A stretch of 24,092 bases of DNA. It comes from a bacterium. Its GTDB lineage: Bacteria; UBP15; UBA6099; JAJRTR01. The stretch lies in assembly GCA_024278215.1 (NCBI GenBank), contig JAJRTR010000124.1:62001-86092 (forward strand), in the 5' to 3' direction. The notes below the pieces were generated by a model that was given only the letters and a program-made list of their open reading frames with translations, did no database searches and had not been told where the DNA came from. Positions 8,023 through 16,995 of the stretch are shown here, one piece after another. The translations under genes and the position numbers were made by a program. The stretch's first letter is position 1; each line of letters starts with the position of its first letter.

Positions 8023-9108
8023 GTGCATATCAGAGAACTGCTTGATGTCATGCTCAGCGCCGACGCCTCCGACCTCCATATAAAAGTCGGCAATCACCCC
8101 ATGCTCCGCATCGACGGCAGAATCGTGCCGCAGACCGACCTGGAACGCATCACTCCACAGGCCATGGACCAACTGACCGACAGCATGATGAATGATGAAC
8201 AAAAAATGATTTTCAAAAAAGAATTCGAGCATGACTTCGCATACGAATATGACGATAAAGCACGATTCCGTGTGAATGTATTCCACCAGCGCGGCACAAA
8301 AGCCGCCGTCCTGCGCATCATCCCAACCCGCATCCGCACGATGGAAGAACTCAACCTACCCGCTGTAATAAAAGACTTCTGCGACAGGCCTCGCGGACTG
8401 GTTCTCGTCACAGGCCCCACCGGCTCAGGCAAATCAACCACCCTGGCCACCATGATAGATTACATTAACTCCAAACGCCACGAACACATCATCACCATCG
8501 AAGACCCCATCGAATTCGTTCATCACAACAGGAAAAGCCTCGTAAACCAGCGTCAGGTCGGCAACGACACCGACTCATTCTCCAACGCACTCAAAAGCGC
8601 ACTCAGGCAGGACCCCGATGTTGTTCTTATCGGCGAGATGCGCGACCTCGAAACCATCAGCACCGCCATCACCACAGCGGAAACAGGCCACCTCGTGCTC
8701 GCCACTCTCCACACCACCGGCGCCGCACAAACCGTCGACCGCATCATCGACGTTTTCTCACCCGAGCAGCAAAACCAGATCCGCATGCAGGTCGCTTCCA
8801 ACATCCAGGGCGTAGTCTCTCAGACACTGCTCCCTCGCGCTCAGGGCAGAGGCCGCATCGCCGCTTTCGAACTCCTTGTTCCCACACCCGCCATCCGCAA
8901 CCTCATCCGCGACGGCAAAACTCACCAACTTCCTTCCATCATGCAAACAAGCAAAAACACAGGCATGATAACCCTCGAACAATCACTCGCCGCTCTCGTG
9001 AAAAAACGGATTGTCACCAAAGAAGCCGCCTACGCCAAAGCCGTAGACCCCGAGCAGCTCGATGAACTCCTCGGCTTTAAAAAACCTCAGCAGAAAATCC
9101 CGCAATAG
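8023..9108 (+). CDS. pilT: Type IV pilus retraction ATPase PilT
   Basis: GTG start after AGAGGA; ASDLHIKVG, GPTGSGKST, TIEDPIE, LRQDPDVVLIGEMRDLET, TGHLVLATLH, AIRNLIRD. Confidence 0.94.
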   Translation: MHIRELLDVMLSADASDLHIKVGNHPMLRIDGRIVPQTDLERITPQAMDQLTDSMMNDEQKMIFKKEFEHDFAYEYDDKARFRVNVFHQRGTKAAVLRIIPTRIRTMEELNLPAVIKDFCDRPRGLVLVTGPTGSGKSTTLATMIDYINSKRHEHIITIEDPIEFVHHNRKSLVNQRQVGNDTDSFSNALKSALRQDPDVVLIGEMRDLETISTAITTAETGHLVLATLHTTGAAQTVDRIIDVFSPEQQNQIRMQVASNIQGVVSQTLLPRAQGRGRIAAFELLVPTPAIRNLIRDGKTHQLPSIMQTSKNTGMITLEQSLAALVKKRIVTKEAAYAKAVDPEQLDELLGFKKPQQKIPQ

Positions 9109-9133
9109 TTGTATGGAGTGTTCAGTCCATGCG

Positions 9134-9153
9134 TCCAGGGGCAGAGCCCCGGA
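9134..9153. terminator. GC-rich hairpin between convergent pilT and metG
   Basis: TCC(A)GGGGC-AGA-GCCCC-GGA; lies in the gap between two convergent stop codons; no strong U-tract. Confidence 0.35.
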
Positions 9154-9192
9154 ATGTTGATAAAAACGGCGAATAGTTAATTGATCCTATAT

Positions 9193-11322
9193 TTACGAAA
9201 CCCGCGTGCCCGGCGCAACATCGCCGGTCACTGTCAGCAACTGGAGGTCTTTCTTTCCGCCCGCCGCCAGCAACATACCCTGCGACTCCAGCCCCATAAG
9301 TTTTTTCGGCTCGAGATTGGCGACGACAATTATCGTCCGTCCCTTCAGGTCTTCAGGTTTGAACTGTTTTGCGATGCCCGCGATGATCTGCCGCTGCTCG
9401 AGGCCGATGTCCACCTTCAGTTTCAGCATTTTAAATGAACCTTCGATGTTTTCCGCCTCGAGTATTCTGCCGGCGCGAAGGTCCACTTTTGCGAAGTCGT
9501 CGAACTCGACAAATTTTTTTATTCCAGGTATCGACGACTGCTTCTTCTGTTTCTTCTTCGGCTGTTCCGCGCCGCCGCCTAGTTTTTTCTTCTCGCGCGC
9601 TATCTGCTTGTTGTCGATTTTCTTAAAGAGCGGTTCCGGCTCGGGCAGTCGAGCCCCATCCCGGAATGTATCCACCGCGGCTTCACACCATTTGCAATCC
9701 GCAACATTCCCCTCAAGCCCCAGCATCGCCCATACTCGCTGCGCGGTTTCAGGTATGAACGGGCAGGAAACGACCGCCATTGTTTTTATGAGTCTCAGGC
9801 ATGTCCTGATGGTGTGTTCGCACTCGGCGCGGTCCTCCGTAAGCGCTTTCCACGGCGCGCGGCTGTCGAAATACTGGTTCCCTTCCCTCGCGAGTATCAT
9901 CATCTCCTGCAATCCACGGCGAAACATGAACCGGTTCAGATACAGTTCTCCGATTGCCCCTGGTGCCGTCATGATCTTATTATGAATGCTGTTATCTACC
10001 CACTGTTCTTCTTTCCAATCCCGCTTGTATGATGGTACTTTGCCATCAAGTTTCGTGCTTATGAACTTCAGCGTTCTGTTGACGAGATTAGCGTAGATAT
10101 TTGTCAACTCGCCGTTGTGCGCCTGCTGGAAACGGTCCCACTGAAACTCCGAGTCGGTGCTCTCGGGCATATCGGAACAGAGATAATACCGCAGTGAATC
10201 CGTCGGATATTTTTCGAGGAATTCCAGCGGCTCGATGTACCAGCCTTCGCTCTTGGAGAACTGCCTTCCTTCGAGATTTAGAAACGCGTTGCCCGCGATG
10301 AAATCCGGAAGGATATAGCCTTCGTCCACACCCTGGAGCATAATCGGGAATATCATCGCATGGAACGGGATATTGTCTTTGCCGATGAAATGTACAAGTT
10401 TGCAATCGGGGTTCTGCCAGTAGTCTTTCCACATATCCGGCGAATAGTTGCCGGGGTCCTCTTCACTTTTGCGGGCGAAATATTCAATGGTCGAAGATAT
10501 GTAGCCGATAGGCGCGTCGAACCAGACGTAAAGCACTTTGCCGTCCTCCGTGTAAGGCTGCGGCAGTTTCACACCCCATTTCAGGTCGCGGGTGATGGCA
10601 CGGCTTTCAAGCCCGCGTTTCAGGTAGCCCTGTATCTCGGACACAACCAGCTTCTTCCAGGGCAGTTCCGCCCTGCCCTGCATCTCATTAAGCCAGCCCT
10701 CGAGCCATTCGGCACGGTCTTCCAGCTTGAGAAACCAGTTTTTCGTCTTCCGCACCTCGGGCTTTTCGCCGTTGACCTTGCACTTCGGATCAATCAGCTC
10801 GAGCGCGTCGAGCCACGCGCCGCAGCTTCCGCATTCGTCCCCGCGCGCCTTCTCATATCCACAGTGCGGGCATGTGCCTTCCACATATCTGTCCGCCAGG
10901 AACAGGTCCAGTTCCCTGCTGTACAACTGTTCCGTTTCCTTCTGCACGATAAGACCGTTTTCGACAAGCCTCTTGAAAAAATGCTGCGACATACTGTGGT
11001 TCGTCGGGTTCGACGTCTGCGAAAAGTTCGTGAAATCTATGTTCATCTTATTAAAAATGCTTTTGATGAGCGCATGGTTTATGCTTACATGTTCCTCCGG
11101 CGACCTGCCCGCGGCTTCGGCGGATATCGTTATGGCGACACCATGATCGTCTGTGCCGCACATATAGATAATGTCCGCGCCACACATCTTTTTAAAACGC
11201 ACATAAATGTCCGCACCGAGGTACGCGCCCGCGATATGCCCGAAATGTATCGGACCGTTAGCATAGGGCAGCGCACTTGTGACCAGCACTTTTTCTCTTG
11301 TTTCTTTATCTGTTTCCGCCAT
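9193..11322 (-). CDS. metG: Methionine--tRNA ligase with C-terminal tRNA-binding (OB/Trbp111-like) domain
   Basis: TSALPYANGPIHFGH (HIGH), GTDDHG, zinc knuckles CPHC/CGSC, YVWFDAPIGY, HFIGKDN, QFSKS (KMSKS), C-terminal VANLEPKKLMGLESQGMLLAA. Start placed at ATG 11322 (GGAG 9 nt upstream) rather than 11361. Confidence 0.96.
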   Translation of the reverse strand: MAETDKETREKVLVTSALPYANGPIHFGHIAGAYLGADIYVRFKKMCGADIIYMCGTDDHGVAITISAEAAGRSPEEHVSINHALIKSIFNKMNIDFTNFSQTSNPTNHSMSQHFFKRLVENGLIVQKETEQLYSRELDLFLADRYVEGTCPHCGYEKARGDECGSCGAWLDALELIDPKCKVNGEKPEVRKTKNWFLKLEDRAEWLEGWLNEMQGRAELPWKKLVVSEIQGYLKRGLESRAITRDLKWGVKLPQPYTEDGKVLYVWFDAPIGYISSTIEYFARKSEEDPGNYSPDMWKDYWQNPDCKLVHFIGKDNIPFHAMIFPIMLQGVDEGYILPDFIAGNAFLNLEGRQFSKSEGWYIEPLEFLEKYPTDSLRYYLCSDMPESTDSEFQWDRFQQAHNGELTNIYANLVNRTLKFISTKLDGKVPSYKRDWKEEQWVDNSIHNKIMTAPGAIGELYLNRFMFRRGLQEMMILAREGNQYFDSRAPWKALTEDRAECEHTIRTCLRLIKTMAVVSCPFIPETAQRVWAMLGLEGNVADCKWCEAAVDTFRDGARLPEPEPLFKKIDNKQIAREKKKLGGGAEQPKKKQKKQSSIPGIKKFVEFDDFAKVDLRAGRILEAENIEGSFKMLKLKVDIGLEQRQIIAGIAKQFKPEDLKGRTIIVVANLEPKKLMGLESQGMLLAAGGKKDLQLLTVTGDVAPGTRVS

Positions 11323-11429
11323 TTTCTTCATCTCCGGAATCCCAATAATAATTCTTGTCATTGTAGCATCGCACCTGTTTTAATTCAAAGAAACCGTCAC
11401 CATGCGAACCGGCACGTTATAATGAAAAA

Positions 11430-11458
11430 TTGAACAAGGGAACGGCAGATGATATAAT
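11430..11458 (+). promoter_or_regulatory. Putative sigma70-type promoter for the udg-yggT-divIVA unit
   Basis: TTGAAC (11430-11435), 17-bp spacer, perfect TATAAT (11453-11458), with extended -10 TG at 11450-11451. Confidence 0.6.
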
Positions 11459-11540
11459 TTCTATCCGAATCAACTTTTTCGCGACATAGTTGTCTGAACT
11501 GGTTGATTAAAGAAACTTGAGAACGGGAAGGACCTGATAA

Positions 11541-12095
11541 TTGAGCGCATGGGACGATTTGAAAGAAGCGGTATGTAATTGCACAAAGTGCGGACTGAGC
11601 CAGACGCGCACAAATGCGGTATTCGGCGAGGGCGACCCGCGCGCGGACGTTCTATTCGTGGGCGAGGGGCCGGGCAAAGATGAAGACCTCCAGGGCCGTC
11701 CTTTCGTCGGCGCGGCCGGCAAAGTCCTCACAAAGATGCTCGACGAAATAGGCTTGAAAAGGGAAGACGTTTTCATCGGCAACATCATAAAATGCAGGCC
11801 ACCCAAGAACCGCGACCCAAGACCGGATGAAATAGAGGCTTGCAAACAGTATCTTTTCGCGCAGATCGCACAGATCGAACCGAAAGTCATCTGCACCCTT
11901 GGCCGCCATTCGTTGCACACGCTGGTCAAACCCGACATTTCCATTTCGCGCGAACACGGCAAACCGATCCGCTGGGAAGGCATGTTGTATCTGCCCATGT
12001 ACCACCCCGCCGCATCGCTCTACAGGGGCCAGATCATGGACTACCTGCGCTTCGACTTCCAGCAGCTTCGCGACCTTCTCGACCGGGGCGTTTGA
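11541..12095 (+). CDS. Uracil-DNA glycosylase, family 4 (Fe-S type)
   Basis: CTKCGL, VFGEG, FVGEGPG, GRPFVG, NIIKCRPPKNRDP, HPAA motifs; TTG start after AAGGA. Confidence 0.93.
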   Translation: MSAWDDLKEAVCNCTKCGLSQTRTNAVFGEGDPRADVLFVGEGPGKDEDLQGRPFVGAAGKVLTKMLDEIGLKREDVFIGNIIKCRPPKNRDPRPDEIEACKQYLFAQIAQIEPKVICTLGRHSLHTLVKPDISISREHGKPIRWEGMLYLPMYHPAASLYRGQIMDYLRFDFQQLRDLLDRGV

Positions 12096-12114
12096 GCCGG
12101 AAAGGAACTTTATT

Positions 12115-12414
12115 TTGGGACTGGGCTTCATCGGATTCGTAAATAGTGCTTTCAACATATACAGCTTCCTGCTGCTTGCCAGGATATTACTCTCGTGGAT
12201 ACCGGTCGACAGGACCAACCCGCTTGTCGAGCTTCTTTGCAGAGTCACCGATCCCGTACTCAATCCATGCCGCGACCTGCTCTTTTCTTTCCTGAGACTT
12301 ATCGGGGTGGACATGAGCCGCTTCCCGATAGATTTTTCGCCGCTCCTGGCATACTTTGCCATTGATCTCGTGAGAAGAGCTGTAGTCACTTTGATACTGA
12401 TACTGATCGGGTAG
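12115..12414 (+). CDS. yggT: YggT/YlmG family membrane protein
   Basis: In the frame of ORF 11899..12414; likely start TTG 12115 after AAAGGA. IYSFLLLARILLSWIP, LCRVTDPVLNPCR and IDFSPLLA match the YGGT pattern; directly upstream of divIVA. Confidence 0.88.
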   Translation: MGLGFIGFVNSAFNIYSFLLLARILLSWIPVDRTNPLVELLCRVTDPVLNPCRDLLFSFLRLIGVDMSRFPIDFSPLLAYFAIDLVRRAVVTLILILIG

Positions 12415-12491
12415 TCCCCGCATTTCACATACTGCCAGGCAACAAAGCGGCCCGGACACGGAAATTATTATAAAAAGTTTTCCCGGAGACC

Positions 12492-12962
12492 ATGATGGCT
12501 TTGACACCGCTGGAAATAAGGAATAAGTCCTTTAAAAAAGGGCTTCGTGGCATTAACACCGAAGAAGTCCAGTATTTCCTCGAACAGGTTGCCGACGAGA
12601 TGGAGCAGCTCCTGCATGAAAAATCATTGTTGCAGCAGGAGACGGAATCTCTCAAAGACAAACTCGCCGAATACGTCAACCGTGAGGACAACATTCAGAA
12701 AACCCTGCTGCTTGCACAGCAATCATCCGAAGAAGCCATCCTCAATGCACGCAAGGAGGCCGACCTTATCGTCGAAGAAGCCCGAAACCAGGCCAAGCGC
12801 ATCGAAGACGAATTCGCAGATGTCAAAGCGGCAAAAAAATTATTCATCATGGAGTTTGAAGCTGTAGTGGAAACTTTCAGAAGACAGGTGCGGGAATTAC
12901 GGGGCGAAACAGAAGAAGACGAGGAACCGGACCCTGAAGATGACGAGCGGCCTGCCGATTGA
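12492..12962 (+). CDS. divIVA: DivIVA domain protein
   Basis: LTPLEIRNKSFKKGLRGINTEEVQYFLEQV N-terminal signature, coiled coil, acidic tail; start may be ATG 12495 (better spacing to GGAG). Confidence 0.92.
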   Translation: MMALTPLEIRNKSFKKGLRGINTEEVQYFLEQVADEMEQLLHEKSLLQQETESLKDKLAEYVNREDNIQKTLLLAQQSSEEAILNARKEADLIVEEARNQAKRIEDEFADVKAAKKLFIMEFEAVVETFRRQVRELRGETEEDEEPDPEDDERPAD

Positions 12963-13242
12963 AGAAACCTCCGACGGGGTGATCATCAACACAAAGGTCA
13001 AACCCGGCGCCGGCAAAAGCCGTGTGAAAGGTGTTACCGGCGGCATTCTCTCAATTGATGTAAAAGCGCAACCCGAAGGCGGCAGGGCAAACAGGGAAGT
13101 TGAAAAACTTGTTGCAAAAACAGCCGGATTGCCGAAAGATAGTGTTAAAATAACATCAGGGAAAAAATCACGGCGCAAACGTATAAGACTAACGGGGATA
13201 ACAAAAGCTGAACTGGAGGACCGTTTGGCAAATTACTTCTGA
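12940..13242 (+). CDS. DUF167 (YggU/UPF0235) family protein
   Basis: VKPGA, VKAQPEGGRANREV, ITSGKKSRRKRI motifs; typical yggT/divIVA neighbourhood; overlaps the divIVA 3' end by 23 nt. Confidence 0.88.
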   Translation: MTSGLPIEETSDGVIINTKVKPGAGKSRVKGVTGGILSIDVKAQPEGGRANREVEKLVAKTAGLPKDSVKITSGKKSRRKRIRLTGITKAELEDRLANYF

Positions 13243-13275
13243 AAAACAAACAGGCCGATGAAACCAGGGAGAACC

Positions 13276-13809
13276 ATGACAGACAAAGAAACCAGACCGG
13301 AAGAATGCACAGCCTGCGGCGGCAGGCTCGTCGATTATGACGATTACGTGTTGAAACACTCGGTGCGCCGCGCTGTTGCAGGCGGAGTCGTTGCGGCAGT
13401 GATATGCGGTATTTGGGCACCGTTGTTTTTCATTGTTCGCCTGATAGCCGGTGGAGCGATTGGAGATGTGGGTGGAAGCATTCTTGCCGTGCTGCTTCTG
13501 AAGAAGATCATCGCGGGAGTTATCATCGGCATACTGATAGGAGCCGCCATGGGGATTGGCCGCAACGACATAAGTATGCTTCTCTCGGCCATTATCGGAT
13601 CGCTGGGCGGCTTTTTCATAGCCGCGGCGGACGCTATGCCGCTCCTCTCGGACGCGGCCCACAGGATAGATGTGGTTCTTGTCTCAATAATCGCGGGAAT
13701 CCTGTGCGTGTTGACTGTATGGATAGCAGAAGGGTATGTTAAAAACAGGTTCGGGGAATGGGTCGGACCACCCCCCAGCCGGGGAAATCCGGACGCAAGC
13801 GGGGGGTAA
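13276..13809 (+). CDS. Hypothetical multi-pass membrane protein with N-terminal CxxC
   Basis: ATG 13276 after GGGAG; CTACGG followed by about 4-5 Gly-rich hydrophobic segments; fills the gap between DUF167 and rpmB. Confidence 0.7.
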   Translation: MTDKETRPEECTACGGRLVDYDDYVLKHSVRRAVAGGVVAAVICGIWAPLFFIVRLIAGGAIGDVGGSILAVLLLKKIIAGVIIGILIGAAMGIGRNDISMLLSAIIGSLGGFFIAAADAMPLLSDAAHRIDVVLVSIIAGILCVLTVWIAEGYVKNRFGEWVGPPPSRGNPDASGG

Positions 13810-13817
13810 TCTTAATC

Positions 13818-14012
13818 TCAGATAGCTTTTTGAACCTTGTTGGAACGAAGACAGCGGGTGCAAACCTTCATTTTCTTTTTCGAGCCGTTTGGCTGCAACG
13901 CTCTTACTGTCTGAAGGTTGGGCTGCCATCTGCGCCTGGTTTTCTTGTGCGAATGGCTGACATTATTTCCCGCAACCGGACCTTTGCCGCATATATCACA
14001 TTTGTTCGACAT
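13818..14012 (-). CDS. rpmB: 50S ribosomal protein L28 (zinc-binding form)
   Basis: [30 protein letters not shown]...[17 protein letters not shown] on the minus strand. Confidence 0.97.
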   Translation of the reverse strand: MSNKCDICGKGPVAGNNVSHSHKKTRRRWQPNLQTVRALQPNGSKKKMKVCTRCLRSNKVQKAI

Positions 14013-14059
14013 AACTTACCTCCCATTCCGCGCAATGAAGCACGGAGACACAAACACAT

Positions 14060-14088
14060 AATTTAGTTTTTTTAGCGCAAACTGTCAA
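14060..14088 (-). promoter_or_regulatory. Putative sigma70-type promoter of rpmB
   Basis: Minus strand: perfect TTGACA (14088-14083), 17-bp spacer, TAAATT (14065-14060). Confidence 0.5.
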
Positions 14089-14147
14089 TATTATACACAT
14101 TTTTCTGGAAGCACAACATTTTAAAGGCAAACGAGACAGAACCCGGA

Positions 14148-15791
14148 ATGAACAGGTTAAACACAGAAAACCTTCGCCGTATTCTCGCGGGCGGCGCCCG
14201 AATCCTGTGTGAAAACTCGCACAAGATAGACGAACTTAACGTGTTCCCGGTGCCGGACGGAGACACCGGCTCGAACATGTGCCGAACCCTCGAGAAGATG
14301 GTTGCGGCTCTGGCCGGTCGCTATGAAACACCGAAGCAAGTCGCCGAGTCAGCGGCCCGCGGCGCCCTGCTGGGTGCGCGCGGCAACTCCGGGGTCATCC
14401 TCTCACAGGTACTGAAGGGATTCGCCGAGGGGCTTCCCGAAGACAATCAGGTAGGCGCTATCGGTTTCGCCACTGCACTGTCGGAAGCCGCCGACGCCGC
14501 CTACCAGGCTGTTATCAAACCCGTCGAAGGCACCATCCTCACAGTGCTGAAAGATTCCGCAACAGCGGCGGAACTAAGCGTTTCAGAACCCGGCACGCCG
14601 GTTTCGGACATTCTCGATGCCGCCCTGCTTCAGGCGAAACTCACTCTGAAGCGAACGCCCCAGATGCTCGACAAGCTCAGGGAAGCAGGTGTCGTGGACG
14701 CCGGCGGACAGGGTCTTGTCCACTTCTTCGAGGGCATGTTGCTTGTGATGCAGGGCGAACTTCATGTATCTGTTCCCGGCGTCGAAGAAGCGGCGCCCAA
14801 GCCTGCCAAAGCCCTGGACTACATGTACTGCACCGAGATAATCGTATCTGCCGACGCAGCCTTCGCGACCACCCTGAAAGAGCGCCTGCTGCGAATACCG
14901 GCGGACTCTCTTATCGTTGTGGGCGACGGTGGCGCGGTGAAAGTTCACATTCATACTAATGAGCCGGGGAAAGTGATAACGATGGGGCTCGAGGGCGGTG
15001 ATCTGCTCGACATAAAAATAGACAACATGGCGCGCCAGCACCGGGAACACCATCTCGTGCGCCCGCCGGCGGACGATGCCGCTTCAACCGTGGACACGCC
15101 TGATAAACATGACAATCAAACACCCGAAGCGATAGCCGGTCCCGTCGTAATCTCTGTCGCCGACGGCGAGGGCCTCAAGGAAATATTCATGAGTCTCGGC
15201 GTCCATCATGTCATCGACGGCGGCCAGACAATGAACCCGAGCATCGAAGATTTCTGTGAGGCGATGCAGGGAATGGATGCCGATGCTTTTATTCTCTTGC
15301 CGAACAACTCGAACATTGTGCCGGCTGCCGAAAAAGCGGCTCAGCTTATCGACGTGGAAGTATATGTGGTATACACAGAAAACGTGCCGCAGGGATTCAC
15401 TGCCATGATGGAATATCAGCCGGGCGGCGATGCCCGCGCTGTCAGCGAGCGTATGCAGTCTATCATCGGTACCGTGACTGTCGCCGAGATAACAACCGCT
15501 GTGCGAAGCGTCACCATCAGCGGAAAGAACATCTCGAAAGGCGATGTGATTTCAATAATTGACGGCGACATCCGGTTCGCAACTGAAACCATTCAGGAAG
15601 CGCTCATGGATACCCTTGAACTCTTCGCCGCCCAGGATTCCGAAGTTATCTCGATTTACAGGGGCGATGGCCTTGAGGAACATACGATTGTGATGTTAAT
15701 AGAGGAATTCGAATCGAAGTATCCCAATATTGAAATCGAGTCGCATTACGGTGGCCAGAAGCACTATCCCCTGCTGGTTTCAGCCGAATAA
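14148..15791 (+). CDS. DAK2-domain fusion protein (YloV / fatty acid kinase FakA family)
   Basis: LNVFPVPDGDTGSNM, GARGNSGVILSQ, PVEGTILTV, VVDAGG, YCTE, KVHIHT, GGQTMNPS, LPNNSNI, GGQKHYPLLVSAE; divergent from rpmB as in Firmicutes. Confidence 0.93.
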   Translation: MNRLNTENLRRILAGGARILCENSHKIDELNVFPVPDGDTGSNMCRTLEKMVAALAGRYETPKQVAESAARGALLGARGNSGVILSQVLKGFAEGLPEDNQVGAIGFATALSEAADAAYQAVIKPVEGTILTVLKDSATAAELSVSEPGTPVSDILDAALLQAKLTLKRTPQMLDKLREAGVVDAGGQGLVHFFEGMLLVMQGELHVSVPGVEEAAPKPAKALDYMYCTEIIVSADAAFATTLKERLLRIPADSLIVVGDGGAVKVHIHTNEPGKVITMGLEGGDLLDIKIDNMARQHREHHLVRPPADDAASTVDTPDKHDNQTPEAIAGPVVISVADGEGLKEIFMSLGVHHVIDGGQTMNPSIEDFCEAMQGMDADAFILLPNNSNIVPAAEKAAQLIDVEVYVVYTENVPQGFTAMMEYQPGGDARAVSERMQSIIGTVTVAEITTAVRSVTISGKNISKGDVISIIDGDIRFATETIQEALMDTLELFAAQDSEVISIYRGDGLEEHTIVMLIEEFESKYPNIEIESHYGGQKHYPLLVSAE

Positions 15792-15848
15792 CCTCATTGG
15801 TTCAAAAGGGAAACACATACAATTCAGGTTCAAAACCGGCAAATTTTT

Positions 15849-15890
15849 TTGTTTACTGCCAATTAATAATATATAATACTGGATTATAAT
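15849..15890 (+). promoter_or_regulatory. Putative promoter(s) in the AT-rich gap upstream of the TPR cluster
   Basis: TTGTTT (15849-15854), 17 bp, TATAAT (15872-15877); a second TATAAT at 15885-15890. Confidence 0.45.
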
Positions 15891-16141
15891 ACGGGATAAA
15901 TTTAAGGGATTTGTATTCTTGCCTATGCAACGCGAAGAGAGCTTCTGTATATACAAGAATATGCTGCACGACATCATAACGACGCTTGGACGCATGAAAA
16001 ACAATAAACCATAATGGATGCGGAGCCTTCTGTTTTTACGTCTCCAGGGTGTCTCCCCGGGAACAATGAATCGGGAGAATACCGGGAACGACGAACAACA
16101 GTAATCAAACAACAGTCAATGAAAAGAAAAGCAGGTTGAAG

Positions 16142-16975
16142 ATGGATGAAACAAACTGCCCCCGCCCCGGAGTGGATGCAGGCACAAGCGAATATTATTA
16201 CTGCGGAAAGGTGTATCTTGAAAGCGGCGAGCCGGACAAAGCTGTCAGTGAGTTCAAGAAAGCATACGAAGCGGAACCGGACAACCCGAATATCATGATC
16301 GGGCTCGGGCGCGGTTACATGGCAAACGGAGAGATTCAGGAAGCGATAAGCATTCTGGAGGCGGCTCTCAAAAAAGCGCCCGAATACGCCGATGTGCATT
16401 ATCACCTTGGCCTCGCGCTTTATAAGGCCGGCGAAAGCGAGGAAGCGACAAACGAATTCAAGGAAGCGCTGAACATCAATCCAAAGTATCTGGAGGCGAA
16501 ACTGCAACTCGACGAGTTGTTCAGCACTCCGGCAAAGAAAATCAGGCGCAACCTGAGAAAAACACTACAGCAGAAAGCAGAAGAACAACGGAAATCAAGA
16601 CAGGCCAACGTGCATTTCCACATGGGTAACGCTCTTTTTCAAAAAGGGATGCTGAAAGAGGCGATGGTCGAATACAAGGAGGCCCTGCGGCTGAGGCCCA
16701 GCTACCCGGATATCCACAACAGGCTTGGAGAAGTGTATCTTGCAAGGGGCGCATTCAATAAAGCCGAGGAAGAATTTCTCGCCTCTCTGAAAATAAATCC
16801 GAAATACCTTGCCGCAATGCTGAATCTCGCTGAAACACGACGTGTTTTCGCAGAGGAACTGCTCGATAAAGCGGAGAAGGATTTCGAGAATGTAATGGAA
16901 ATAGACCCTGGAAATACGCAGGCGGCAAGGGGTCTTGAAAAGGTCAGGGCATTCAAAAGCATCGACTATATTTGA
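16142..16975 (+). CDS. Tetratricopeptide repeat protein
   Basis: Two blocks of TPR-like repeats (PEYADVHYHLG...ALNINPKY and PSYPDIHNRLG...SLKINPKY) separated by a basic linker; start ATG 16142 or TTG 16136. Confidence 0.88.
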   Translation: MDETNCPRPGVDAGTSEYYYCGKVYLESGEPDKAVSEFKKAYEAEPDNPNIMIGLGRGYMANGEIQEAISILEAALKKAPEYADVHYHLGLALYKAGESEEATNEFKEALNINPKYLEAKLQLDELFSTPAKKIRRNLRKTLQQKAEEQRKSRQANVHFHMGNALFQKGMLKEAMVEYKEALRLRPSYPDIHNRLGEVYLARGAFNKAEEEFLASLKINPKYLAAMLNLAETRRVFAEELLDKAEKDFENVMEIDPGNTQAARGLEKVRAFKSIDYI

Positions 16976-16995
16976 GAAAGTGGGGGAATCAGGAT

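Noticed and set aside
11323..11540. T-box or SAM riboswitch upstream of metG
   Set aside because: The gap is short and shared with the divergent promoter; no T-box or S-box consensus or terminator is seen on the minus strand.
11899..12114. N-terminal part of ORF 11899..12414
   Set aside because: Overlaps the UDG gene in another frame; YggT similarity and an RBS begin at TTG 12115.
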